Source: Bigelowiella natans CCMP2755 | Lineage: Eukaryota; Protista; Cercozoa | Assembly (NCBI GenBank): GCA_000320545.1 | Contig: ADNK01001130.1 | Location: 1 to 64,000 of the forward strand | DNA length: 64,000 nt | Direction of reading: 5' to 3' | Shown: positions 1 to 12,386 of the stretch, one piece after another | How positions within the stretch are numbered: the stretch's first letter is position 1 | Layout: each line of letters begins with the position of its first letter | Made by a program: the position numbers and the translations under genes | The notes under the pieces: generated by a model | What the model saw: the letters and a program-made list of their open reading frames with translations, nothing else | Databases searched by the model: none | Told to the model about the DNA's origin: nothing

Positions 1-248
1 CCCCTACATCAGTATCAATATTCTTTCCTTTTTTTGTCCTCGCTACCGTGACGATGCCGTCGATCATTCGCTCTGTAAGGTGCAGGACTTGCCTAATTAT
101 GCAGAAGGGACAAGGACGGCAATCGTCGTGGTGATGGTGGTGGGGAGAAGGAGGAGGAGGAGAAGGAGGGAACAAGAAGAGCAGCTTTAAGAACGCTGAG
201 TGGAGAAAGAATAGCACCTAACTTCGCTGATTGCATAAATATACATAT

Positions 249-322
<74 letters not shown>

Positions 323-655
323 GGAGAGAGGGAGAGAGAGAAGCACACACGCACATGTACTATACACGGACGTATATATGGCTCTCCTCTCTCTAGCGAC
401 TCATATACCTTCCCCTAACCCCCGGTTCATCATCATCATCATCATCAACAACAACAACAACAACGACAACAAACTACCTGCACATCCAAGTGGAGACCGT
501 CCTTGCAGCAGCGCCAGAAGCCGCAGCAGGTTCCTAAACGGCAATGGTAATGAGCGAGCGCACAGGAACAACCAAAAAGAAGGCAGGGGAGCACTGATTA
601 ATTCTCGTTTGTTTAAATTCGTCGCTCGCTACTTCACGTACAGCTGCTGCTACCA

Positions 656-695
<40 letters not shown>

Positions 696-2001
696 GCCGT
701 TTACCTGAGTGCTTGTCCTAGAAGCAGCAGCGCAGCTCTCTTGCATGATCCGCAAAGCCTCTTGGCACGCGGGGGGGAGAGTAGCAAAGGTTGTGACTTT
801 GAGCTTGCCGTCCTCCTTCTCTTCCACGATCACTGGAGAATGCTTTCTAACAACGAAGAATGCAAGGAGAAGAAGAAGAAGAAGAAGAAGAGGAGGAGGA
901 GGAGGAGGAGGAAGAGAAGGCGAATATAGGAAGAAACACCATGATGCCATTAAGGGGGATGTGTCGCATAAAACTTTCCATCAGAAAAGATGGCCAAGAG
1001 CGAAAGGAGGCATGAGATTGAACAGCGCGAATGGAATGGCTGGAGATCAGAGTTACCTTGACATTCTCGCCGCCGCATCCCTCAAATCCCACTCGTCGAA
1101 TTGGTGTTTCTTCTTGTTCTTCTTCTTCTTGTTGTTGTTGTTGTTCTTCATCGCTATCTGCTCTTGTTGCTTTGAATCGGGTGACGACGACGATGAAGAT
1201 GAAGACGATATTGATGATGATGATGATTGCGCTGCTGTCGTGCAGTGTTGCAAGAGCACATCTAAGCAGGTAGACAACGTGAGCAGAAGCTTCTTCACCG
1301 GCATCATGAATAAACGTGCCCGCTCGCCGCCCTTCCGGCCCATACTGTCACCCATGATGCGGAACAGCAGTGTGAGGAGGCCTTCGCCTAATTCTTCCTG
1401 CTCGTTTCCTTCACTTACAGCTGCCGTCACCTTCTCATCCTCCTTCTTCATCGCTTCATCCCCCTCCTTTAGTTTGGTCTCAGGGTGTTCCATTTCTGTC
1501 CCTTGCCTTCCTCCCACCCGGGCTTCATCCATCAACCGTCGAGGGAGGGATGGCTCCAGGCGGAGCACCGATAGCACAACTCCCAGTAGTGAAAGTGCGC
1601 TCCCCATTTCCAACAGGCTATGCGACGGCGACGACGATGAGGATGAGGATGAGGAACCATCGCTGCTCGCTTTGTGCTCGGTGTTGGCGATGTTCTGTGC
1701 ATGCCGCTGGTATGCATTGGCCAGTCCTGTTGTGATCTCTGGGAGTCTATCAAGGAGCTTTGTCGTGCAAAATTCCTTTGCGGCAGCAGCCTCCCCTTGG
1801 CCATTCTTCACGCCTGACCCATTGTTCAGCCCTACGAATTACATAAAAAAGAATGGTGTCACCACCAGCTGGTAGCAGGGCGCAAAGGAAAACACTGTAT
1901 ACCGAGAGCGCATCCCAGGAGAGGGAGCCATGCCCCTGATCTTGCGGCCTGATTGATTGTCATCGTCGTGCGTCCAGACAGAGAGACATTTTTAACACAC
2001 A

Positions 2002-2085
<84 letters not shown>

Positions 2086-2604
2086 CAATATATGAGGGGA
2101 TGGAAAGGTTGTCATTCTTCGAGTGCAGCAGATGCAACAGGTAATTACTAGGGGGAAATAGATTCTTTTCTTGTAGTTTGCAAAACCAAATGGTGTTGGG
2201 AGGATTAAGACAGTAAGCATGTTGTTAAATTTCATGGTAGCCACCTCATCCGTGCCTCCAAGGGCCTGAATGCATCTGTCGATCTTTCCGGGGGAGGCAG
2301 CTGCTTTGTTACATTCGCCCTTCGCGCTCTCCAGCATAGACCTCTCACAGAAGAGGAAGATATCGGGAATATCGAAGGCGTGTATAGTTTCATCGCAGTA
2401 CTTGAACCCTTGCAAATCAGTGCGCTTCACTTGATGGACTCTCGTGTTCTGCAAGATATGTTGAATGAGTTCGTCGTCTTATTTCATCATCACACCACCA
2501 CCGTTCGATTAGTGCTTCGCTCTTACTATGGAGAGAAATAGCTTTCGTCCCAGACGCGGGTTGGTAGGGAATAAAGGAGAGACTCTGCCCTCCTTCTCCT
2601 CCAT
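1..2604 (-). CDS. Hypothetical multi-exon protein, apparently running off the left edge
   Basis: Likely start MEEKEGRVSPLFPTNPRLGRKLFLSI followed by a GTAAG donor. Exon-like frames at ~2450-2260 (NTRVHQVKRTDLQGFKYCDE), 1830-1055 (KLLDRLPEITTGLANAYQ) and 850-705, separated by microsatellite introns. No family recognised. Confidence 0.5.
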
Positions 2605-3392
2605 GCCCTATTGACAATAAAAGGTTAAGAATAACACGTCCTCAGTATCCTCCGTTGATCCCATCAAAGATTCATGACACAAGATGAGTTAAGAGAGACT
2701 GTAAAAAGATTTAGCAGGGGAGAGTTTCTTAAAAAATGACAATTTATAGACAGGAAGAGACTGCAATATTTTAATGAACGGCGTGGTTTCGGCCTACCGC
2801 CATTGTTTTTGAGGATTAAGCGAGATTATTCTTCAGCGCTCGTAGCGTCTAGGTTATCTGGCAATAATTTTAGAATTATTTCCTACGATATTTATTTGGT
2901 ATAATATCAGAATTTCGACGATTTCTCGGTCTCATCCGAACGAATATTTGATGAAGTTGGAATTTCGAGATTGTTCTGTCAGCGGTCTAAGCTCGCTGTT
3001 TTTCCTTCCTGTTTTCCCACTGCGAGAGCCGGTACTGTCGTCCGTCCGTCGTTTTAATATCCGCCGCTCTTCTTGTGATAATTCTCGGTCGAATTGATTG
3101 AATGTCGCAGGATAAAACAGCCCTGCATTTCTATGGAATTTTAGTCCTCATTTCTTTTGTAGAACCGGGTGAGGAGCGTAGTGCCGATTCTTCTTGCTGC
3201 CGAGCAAGCGAGCACCGAGAGGGCGAATGCATGTGCTTTGCCAATAAAATCCCAATCAGAGTTGGGGATTCAGGGCTGCAATTCCTCGTCGCAGTGATGT
3301 AAATAGGTAAGGCTGGAAGATATTAGTAGTGTCCATCGTAGAGTCCATCCAGCCTCGATCGTCGCCACCCCAATCTATAATGTGTATTTGAG

Positions 3393-5248
3393 ATGCCTAC
3401 AAGTACGACGAAGGATACGGACGCCGCTCTGGAAGAAGGGGCAAAGCAATCTTCTCCGTTGGATTCCGCCAAAAACCACCTGGATCTCCCAGAAAAACGA
3501 GCAGTCGCTGTATCTACGAGCGACGACGAACTCGGTAATCAAACTGAGGACGAGGGCAAGGAAGAAAAGGATCTGGGCAAAGACAATGACGATGGTAATC
3601 TAAGTGCTAGGGCGCACGAGGAGGAAAAATCTCATCTGGAACAAGATCACAGGACAAGTGATACTGACGATCTTGTGTTAGCAAGGCGAAACACGATTAG
3701 CACGTCCCTGGAAAGCGCACTGCATGGCAAACAATTGAAGTATGCCACGGATTCATCCACTCGAAAAAGGACAGCAAAGAGGACAAAATTGAAATTGAAG
3801 AGACTCAAGGATCTTAAAGCCGAAATAGTGGCAGCCAAGAAGCAGTTTGCAACATTTGAATCAGCATATAATAACACCCTAGCTTACTATTTTCTTTTGC
3901 AGTATTGCAAGGAACGTCATCTATCCGCTTGCTTCGAATTTATTAATGCTGTCGACGTATTCAAAAGCTTAGAATTCCCCACGAAAGCAACAGCGAATCG
4001 TGCGATGCGAAAACTTCACCATTTGGCATTCGTACAGAACACCCAGGCGAAACCTGACAAGAAAGACCTCCACCATAGGCGAAATGTGACTCCGAGAAAT
4101 GCTCTCCGAGTCACCCCAGTCGCCCTCAAGATAGCCGCCGGAGATATCGACGAGGCTATGTTTGATGAGTGTTACGAACGCGTCAAAGAAGTTCTAGTGT
4201 CTTTCTATGGGCCATTTCTCAAATCAGCATGTTTCGAGCGGTTCGTCCAGATATACGAGTATTCCACGCGCACATTGTCCCCATCAGACCTGCAAGCGCT
4301 GGCTCCTCTAGGTCAGGGGGCGTTTGGCCGTGTTTTAGCGGTGGTGAAGAAAGACACCCACACCCTCTATGCAATGAAAGAGATTCCGAAGGCGGTTTTG
4401 CGTAAAAACAGGACTGGCTGGATGTGCCTGAATGAGATGCAGCTTCTCTCCAGAACAGACTCTCCATTTGTATTGAATTTGAAATACTCGTTCCACAGTG
4501 AGCGCGCGGTGCATTTAGTCTTTGAGATGTGCATGGGGGGCGACTTGAGGCAATACTTGGAGAAGGGACCCTTTTCCCTGGAAAGATCCCGCTTCTACCT
4601 CGCTGAGATTCTTCTCGGAATCGACCATATACATAGCCTTGAGTATGCGTACCGGGATCTCAAGCCCTCAAACATCCTCCTCACTGAAGATGGCCACTGC
4701 AAGATATCAGACTTGGGCCTCGTCGTAAAACTACCAAAGCCACCGAAGATCCTGAAGCATGTGGCTGGCACCCCAGGATACTGGCCCCCTGAAATAGTCT
4801 CGAGAACTGGAACCTATCGGTCGTCTGACTTCTGGTCCCTCGGTGTCTTGCTGTACGTCATGCTCACCGGAAAGGTGGTAAAAATAGAGGATAGAAATAG
4901 TAGTAATAGGACCAGCACGCAGAGTAGTAAGAATATGCCTGCCACTAGCGATGTTGAGATCGAAATGCCCGTACGACATATTCCTGTATAAACTATCTAG
5001 AAAATTCCTGACCCCCTCCGTGGTGAGAGGAAGAAAAGGAAAGCTGCGGCAGCGAAGAGGGGGGGCAGCAGCAAGAGCAAATCGAAAACTCCAGGACCGT
5101 GGTCGCCGTTCACCTCGGATCCGTACTAAAACACACATATTATAAAACCATATATATCCAGTTTTGACAAGAAAAAAAGTGTGTGGAAAGTCAAAGGAAT
5201 GGACTAAACGAATAGATTATCCTTAAAGAATTAGCTTGCTATCATAGA

Positions 5249-5293
<45 letters not shown>

Positions 5294-6032
5294 TCCACTC
5301 TTTCCTTGGTGCTTATATAATGTTCCCCTCTCCTTCCCCCCCACAGAAGAGTACAGCACATCGCAAAGCTAGACCCGAAGTTTGAATATCTGAACGCAAC
5401 CGTCAAATACGACAAAAAGGTAACTGAGGAAGCAAGGGACTTAATCTCAAAGGTAACGATTGCACGGGAGTGTCTCGGCTAGTATGATATTCACTGATTT
5501 GTCATGTAAATCCTCCTCAAATCCTAGATGTTGATAATCGACCCCAAGAAGAGGCTGGGTGGTGGGAAAGAAGGATCTCAAGAGATCAAAGAGCATCATT
5601 TTTTTACGTAATTGCAGCTCACACTTATGACTAAACATCCTTGTCGTCTAGAAGGGCAAACAATCAACAATTTGTTGTTGCTTTACGTAGAAATTTTGAT
5701 TGGGAAAAGCTGGCGAAGTTGAAGCTGAAAGCTCCCTTCAAACCACCACCCTACGAACTAGATAAGAACAAGAAGCTGAGGGACAAATTTGACTTTAAAG
5801 CTGTCACTGTAAATATTAAAATAACTGACTGAATTTCGACAAGCACAATAATCCCTTACTTCCTGTCCTATGATATCTGATTGGTTAATCATAGGATAAT
5901 GCCAAAGAGAAAGAATTCTACAATGCGTTTCAATTTTTGAATGCAGAAGGTCTGTATGAAGAAGTTGTGGATGCCCTTGAAGATGAGAAAGCTGAGAATG
6001 AGCCGGTCGGCGAATGCTGCGTCATTTGTTAG
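3393..6032 (+). CDS. G-protein-coupled receptor kinase-like protein (RGS/RH domain + AGC kinase) with C-terminal CaaX
   Basis: RGS-like YYFLLQYCKERHLSACFEFINAVDVFK. Kinase motifs LGQGAFG, YAMKE, YRDLKPSNILL, ISDLGL (GRK-type DLG) and GTPGYWPPE. Downstream exons give DPKKRLGG..EIKEHHFF, FDWEKLAKLKLKAPFKP and a last exon ending ECCVIC-TAG at 6030-6032. Confidence 0.88.
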
Positions 6033-7248
6033 CATCACATTTGTCCGTGTTGCTGGCAACCTGACATGCGTGATGCAAACACTGTGCAGCAAATGTGTGG
6101 CTGCAAGTGTTGATTAGTCGCGCTCAGGTGACGACAAGGATTTGCTTGGTCGTTGTTCCCTCCAGAAGGCGAGGGAATTTGTTCAGCTAAAAAAGACGCT
6201 GTCACAATTGCACAAAGGACTAGCATTCCAAGCTTTGTGAATTAATGTCATGCAATGAAACGTTCTTTGTGATGACTAGATGACAACTCATTGCATTGTT
6301 GAGCGCAGTTCTGCATCGCATTGTCACGCAGTTCAAACCGGCTTCCAAATTGGCTTCCAAACACGAACAGAAACAAATTGAGTCATGTCATCGCCGCCAG
6401 CTTGCGATCACGAAGGAGCTGCAGCACGTTTCTAGGTTTGCTGGTCTGGAGCTGCTTTCACGTGGAGAAGTGCTGGTCATCGAGACAAAGCTAACTAGCT
6501 AGAAAGACAAAGACAAAAGACAATGATGAAAAACAACGTTGCACAAAGTGTTGCAAGACACTTGCAGTGCACGAAACGAGAAAAACAACCTTTGGAACAA
6601 GGAGCAAGGTTTCTGGGCACCCAGACACTGGCCGGCTAGCCGGCAACTGTCCGGCTAGCCGGGCTAGCGGGTGTCACCCTGAACAACATTGTGAATTGCA
6701 ACACAAGCACGGCGAAAAGGCATGTTGAGCAAATTTCATCTGGCACACATTGTGCGCTCAAAAAAAAAGTGCACGTGTGCAGAAAGCACACCTGAAGATG
6801 TGGTGCACACAACAGGATGCACATGTGTCACATGCCAGCATGGCTAGATGGTGATGCGCGCAAGCACGAATGCAGCACAATTCTCGAGACAATCGAAGAA
6901 CTCTTGGATTCCATCAGATGATGTGGGACATATCACGCACTAAATATTTCCTAAAAATACGCTCCAAACGAAACCATGAACTAGACGATTCGCAGCTGCC
7001 CAAATTCTAGGTTGGATTTCCTAGGATTTCAATCCTTTTTAATGGGAAAAGACCTTGTGATGTTTTATTCACGATGGAAAATTGTTGTAAATGTTGCACA
7101 AGTAAGTCATCTTGTTTCAGTAGCTGTACGCAGAAAAGAAGGGAGAGAGAGAGAGACAGAGGATTTAGCCTTTCTTGTCCCCTCCCCAAAACTCCCTGGT
7201 AATCTAGACTGTGGGGTCCATAGAACCGGAAAGCTTTCGAAAGTACGT

Positions 7249-8431
7249 ATGGCGGCTCGTCGTTTCTTCAAGCAGATTCTGGTGAAACCGCACTGACCAT
7301 GCATCAGTCCGTTGTCGCACCGTCAGTCCTGAAATGGTTGAGGATTCGCAGCTTATAAGTTTTTCTATTTGTTTCCGGTCTTCCTAGGAAAATCAGGAGG
7401 ATAGAAAAAAATATGAGGAGCATTTCAGCCAGGTAATTCTATTAATAGAGGAGAAATGGACGTCTGCTCTGTTGAAAAAGCTCACATTCTTTGCCCTTTT
7501 TGCTGCTGCTGATGACATGTCGTGTACATCATGGCTTGTTTATTGTGCTGCAGACGAATGTCGGGAAGCATAAAATGCGCGTGCTCGATGGTGAGTTTAT
7601 GCTCTCCAACCGGACTACGAAGTCGAAAAGGTGATAAAAGATAATAGTATTGACGAAAGGTACCTAATATCGAAGCTTTATCTCTTTGACCATATGTGAT
7701 CTAATATACTATATGTACATGAAGCTTAATCTCTTTGACCGTGTCATTAATTTTATATATAAATATGCACAGGGATGGAAACCCAAAACCTTGCATGGTG
7801 AATTCACACATTGTTTCTGAAATACCTATGATTATTATCTCCTCCTCCTCCTCCTACCACTGCATTGTAGGCCAGAAGGCGAGGAGCAAGGCGATAAAGA
7901 ACGCGACCATCATATTTTGAAGCGACGTCGACGACTGCAAGGATCTGGTAATGAAACACTAAGACGAGGGGGATAATAGCACCGATAGTAATGAGTAAGT
8001 TGAGGCTATAGTTTGATGAATCTGGAATATTCATATATACCATTATTGAAAATAGGTTTATTTGGATATAAGCCTAAAAAAAAGATCGGTGCCTCTGCTA
8101 CTGCTACAGGGAGCAAGGAGAGGGATCCTATCATTAATGATGGTACTCTTGAAGGTAAAGAGGACCATAGTCGTAGACACAATGAGGAAGAAGTTAAAGA
8201 TCATGATGATAACGAGGAGACTGAGCTTGGAAAGGATGACTTCAGCGACATTGATACAAGTTCTACTGGTAAGATTGATACTGACACAACAATCGACACG
8301 AGAAATATAATCGTATGCATAAGTCGGAGGTGGTGTCATGTTCCAGCCTCTCAATAGCAATAAAAAAGGCTGTCGCCATCAATAAGACGAAGGAAAAAAT
8401 GAACCCTTACAGTAACCAACACACAAACACA

Positions 8432-8471
<40 letters not shown>

Positions 8472-8838
8472 TTTATTTCGATACAAGCCAAAAGCCCAGA
8501 AAGCAAAAGCTGCATCCCAGAAGAAGAATGACCCGAAAAGCAGCAGCCGCCTAAATTCGACGGTTTCGACAAATGCAACTAAACGCACTAAGAGAAGAGG
8601 TATGTTGCTCAGGGAGGAAGTGTTTATATACTTCCAAATTCAAACAAAGAACGTGTTTACCTTTGGTCATAACATTGTTATTTCTCAACACCCCTTCTCT
8701 TCACTTCCATCATTTTCATCACTTTCATCACTACATCATATAGATAGAGACAACTTTGACTCCACGTTTTGACTTGATTGTCGTATTTTAGGCTTTGGTG
8801 CTCCTTATGTCCCTCCGGGCAGGAGACTGAAGGAATAG
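7249..8838 (+). CDS. Hypothetical charged protein (~200 aa, ~7 exons)
   Basis: Splices in frame using GT-AG introns: MAARRFFKQIL|ENQEDRKKYEEHFSQ|TNVGKHKMRVLD|GMETQNLAW|PEGEEQG..QGS|GLFGYKPK..SST|GLFRYKPK..KRR|GFGAPYVPPGRRLKE*. Confidence 0.6.
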
Positions 8839-10321
8839 CGCGATCTTAACTTTGACACGACGCATTAAATCTTTCGGGGTTGCATTCGGCATTAGGAACA
8901 CACACCGAACATACAACTATTAACCACATGCGACGGATGAAATGGCATGATGTCATCCTAATTTTCATAATGTTATGTGCAAAGCCACAGTTAGAGCGCT
9001 TTTATGTACTGTGTCTATGATTAATCATGGTATTTGATAATAACTTACACATGTGCAGCTGCATGTGTGTACATAGTTTTCGCCCAGTACGCGCAGTGGT
9101 TCGTGATTCTCGTTCACCGGCTGTTGTCTAAGTTGGTTGTCATCATTGTGGTCAATCATTAAATGAATACGACTACGTTTCGTAGTCTGAGTTTTTAGTG
9201 TGTGCGTATGCGTCGCCATTGCAGTAGATGGTCTATATCTTTCGCGACTTGTACCACATTTGTTACATGCTGCATCCGCTGCCATATTTCTGTGTGTGAA
9301 TTGGACGTGTGTAGCTATAGCATCTAGCATTCACTATATGAGCGGGACTAACATGTCGCCGCGTACATGGCTAAATCGCATGCCAATGCAAAGCTTTGTG
9401 GTGATCTAATTTGCTGCCGATTTCATGACAATAATGTGAACATGGTGCACACAATGCACTTTGCATACGCCGTGTCCATGGTCATGTGTGCGTGCGCCGC
9501 AAGCCATTTGTGGGGTGGACAATCTCGGAAGCTTCATGTTGTCCCGTGGCAGACAATGCTGGAATGTTATAATGTGGGGTAGCAGATGCCACGAGAAGCA
9601 CATGTGGTGTGGTGAACTAACAACGAGACATGGACCACCTCCTTCAATGCTAGAATGCGCAATGCAAATGAAACACCAATGAGTGGCTTAGATTACGAAA
9701 CCAACAATTGAAAGCCATGACATGAATCAAAACGACGAGACGAATAAACCACTGACAACTACAGCAGCTGGAAAAGAAGCACAGACCGCTGCACGCATAC
9801 ACTGCGCGTCATCACACTACTAGCTTGTTGTTACAGATGTTAACCCATGCTAGCATGGCTCGGCTCGTATACTCGGACCCACGTGCATATGCTAGATAGC
9901 TAGATAGTCGTCTTATAAGTCATTGTTGTCGATCGCTATAGCTAGCTAGGCACCCTATAATGTGCGTGTGGTGTGTATATGTGACTTACTACACATTACA
10001 GCGGCACACAACATTTTGCTCAAACAATAGATCTGGTGCTTGTCCTCATCAGGTGGAATGCTGTGTTGTTGTGGTGCATATGGGCATGCTATAGCATGGG
10101 GTTTCTCGCATTGTCTATGACGTTGTTATCTATTCGCATAAATCGTACGGCATGTGACTCGCATCGCGCAGTACATAGAGCGCTAAGCGCGCCGCGAGGC
10201 GGCTATTTATAGATTTTGACATTACAAATAGCACTGTATACATGTACCTCGTTTACATGGATGCGAATATCATTCTCTAAATACTGCTCCTACCAGATCG
10301 TCACCACTAAAAAATAGTGAA

Positions 10322-11464
10322 TCAACGCCGCCTATTTACGTACTTCAGCTTGCCCTTCGACTTCTTCTTCTTTCCAGCATTGGGATCCTGCTGAAAAAAA
10401 AAGGAGCTCGTGTAAGAGATGGAAAATTATGTGTAAGAGATGGAAAATTATTCTCATTATGCAATAGATATATCTTGACTGCAGGCGGAGTTTCCTTCCC
10501 ACTACCTCTTGCTCTGGTGGAAAGAGTGGCTGTGACGACCTCGATGCACAATAGCTGTAGATTCCGTACGCCGGAACCTTGATCAGGGTAAATTTTAGAA
10601 TCCGCTAAAAACATCGTTAGATGAGATAGTTGTTATCTTCGTAGAAACTCACCACGAGGTAAATATATTTCGCATAAGCTGTGAATATTGACAGGATCTG
10701 GACAAAAAGTTAAAGATTATATCAGAATCATCAGTGGTCTGAACGCTGATTAAAAGCAAACATGTTGCTACCAACATGAAGCAAAATATGTTTATACCTG
10801 GATGAAGATGCTGACGTACATGAAGTCTTCGGTGTGCCTGAGAAGGAGGTGGCGGTTGGGAAAATGTCAAGCTACGTAAGTGTTGCAAGAGAAACGAGCG
10901 CCTCCGATGCATGCAAATTGAGGCGCGCTCAAAATTTAATTCACTTCCGCTGAACACCACTGCAAATCATATGATCGTCTTGATACTTACTCATGGGTTT
11001 TTGCATCCCCGTGGGCAGATTGAATGGAGCTGATGATGTTAAGAGCACATCCGATGTTGACCAGTGTGAACCAGCCCTAATGCCAAGTAAAATGGTGATG
11101 AAGCTCTACAATGTTTGATGCAAAGAAGAAATCTTAACTTCTCACAAAAATAACGCGCGAATGTGCTGAAAGATGAAAGGGTGGTGATGGTGCACTTCTG
11201 GAGACCCTAACGTTGAGATTCTTTGGCTTTAATTTTCAATAATCTTCACAAATATGAATTTACATATTGGATCGAACTAGTTTGTAAGCTATGTCGCTCT
11301 TATGAATTTATCCATACCGTCGACATAAAAGTGTAGAAGTTAACGGAGCTCCAGAACATGAAGTACCGTAGCACCACATCGACCAGCTTTCCAGAGCAAG
11401 TTATTCAAATTATTGCAGGTGATTTCATTCAAAATTTCTCTCCCTCTCTCTCATTTACTCAAAC

Positions 11465-11501
<37 letters not shown>

Positions 11502-11857
11502 AAGGGTACTGTGTGTTATGTGTGAGCGCGAAATTTGGAAAATATTATGTGAAGTATTGGTGAGTATAAGTCAGAATATACGTGAATATCCATGGATATC
11601 ATCTTAATTTGCGGGAAAATCTTCTGTACGTACATAAACGGCTCCAAAAAGCTTCAAGAAGAATTTTTTCTGCGCATCCAGTTTTCGTTGCTTCTTCTTC
11701 AAAGAATCGCCACTCTGTTTCCAGCAAAAGGTGTGGGGTATATTGATTCGAATTAGCTCTTCCAAACAGTCTGTGCTAATATGAAAACAATGACAATCCT
11801 ATTTATAGAAGATGGCGAAAGGTATGGAAGGGTAGGGGGGTGTATCGCAACAACCAT
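10322..11857 (-). CDS. TMEM208: TMEM208/SND2-like ER membrane protein (SRP-independent targeting)
   Basis: Spliced reading SGDSLKKKQRKLDAQKKFFLKLFGAVY|LVDVVLRYFMFWSS..|GWFTLVNIG..|HTEDFMYVSIFIQ|ILSIFTAYAKYIYLV|VPAYGIY..KKKKSKGKLKYVNRRR*. It shows the family's basic N-terminus, D..Q.LS..YL.VP.Y motif and basic KY tail. Start codon uncertain. Confidence 0.68.
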
Positions 11858-11994
11858 GATGAATCTCCCTTATTGGTATTTAGGCAATATTTTAAGCCAG
11901 TAACAACCAAGGACGGCCAATGAATTGGCTTCTTCGGTAGCTAGTTTTCTAATAATACAAGTAGTTTGTGATTTGTGATATTTACACATTACCA

Positions 11995-12065
11995 GCGCCG
12001 TTGGTTTAGTGGTAAAATATCTCGTTGCCAACGAGGTGTCCCGGGTTCGATTCCCGGACGGCGCA
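11995..12065 (+). tRNA. trnG-GCC: tRNA-Gly (anticodon GCC)
   Basis: Acceptor stem GCGCCGT/ACGGCGC, D-loop TAGTGGTA, anticodon arm TCTCG-TTGCCAA-CGAGG and T-arm CCGGG-TTCGATT-CCCGG. No encoded CCA; followed by a T-run Pol III terminator. Confidence 0.97.
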
Positions 12066-12386
12066 AATTTTTTCTGGATTTCTTCATGTCCAAAATCGCC
12101 TTATTTTTTCTAAATCAAAGTTCCAACAGAGCTCTTGTTTCATTTCCAATTTCTTCCCAAGAGAAATATCCGTTAGGAAATTTTCAGGTAGAATCACAGG
12201 AAAAGCCTTTTCTTTTATGAAATTTATCAGCAGATTGTTATTGTCTTTCAATGGTAATGACATCATTTTGCCATTATTTCCGAAACGATTGTTTCGCGAG
12301 TGAGCCTAAAACAAAAGAAATCGTTCAGCGGGAAAATTCTGTTCATGTTCTTTTCTCCCTAGGATTTTTCTCTGAGACAAGCTAAA

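Noticed and set aside
231-1875. Long plus-strand ORFs (232 aa, 388 aa) and the many ORFs with poly-HT/RE/YI/CV runs across the window
   Set aside because: They are read-throughs of intronic microsatellites or antisense shadows of real exons.
5958-6929. 5mC deamination or fungal RIP as the cause of TG/CA richness
   Set aside because: CpG is retained and TA is lost rather than gained, the opposite of RIP.
7300-7309. TGCATCAGTC matching the retrotransposon target flank (19241-19250)
   Set aside because: A single 10-mer match found post hoc in 64 kb is compatible with chance.
7610-7670. Chromodomain-like peptide DYEVEKVIKD..RYLI
   Set aside because: It is preceded by an in-frame stop, lacks the KW motif, and lies within intron 7591-7771 of a gene that splices cleanly without it.
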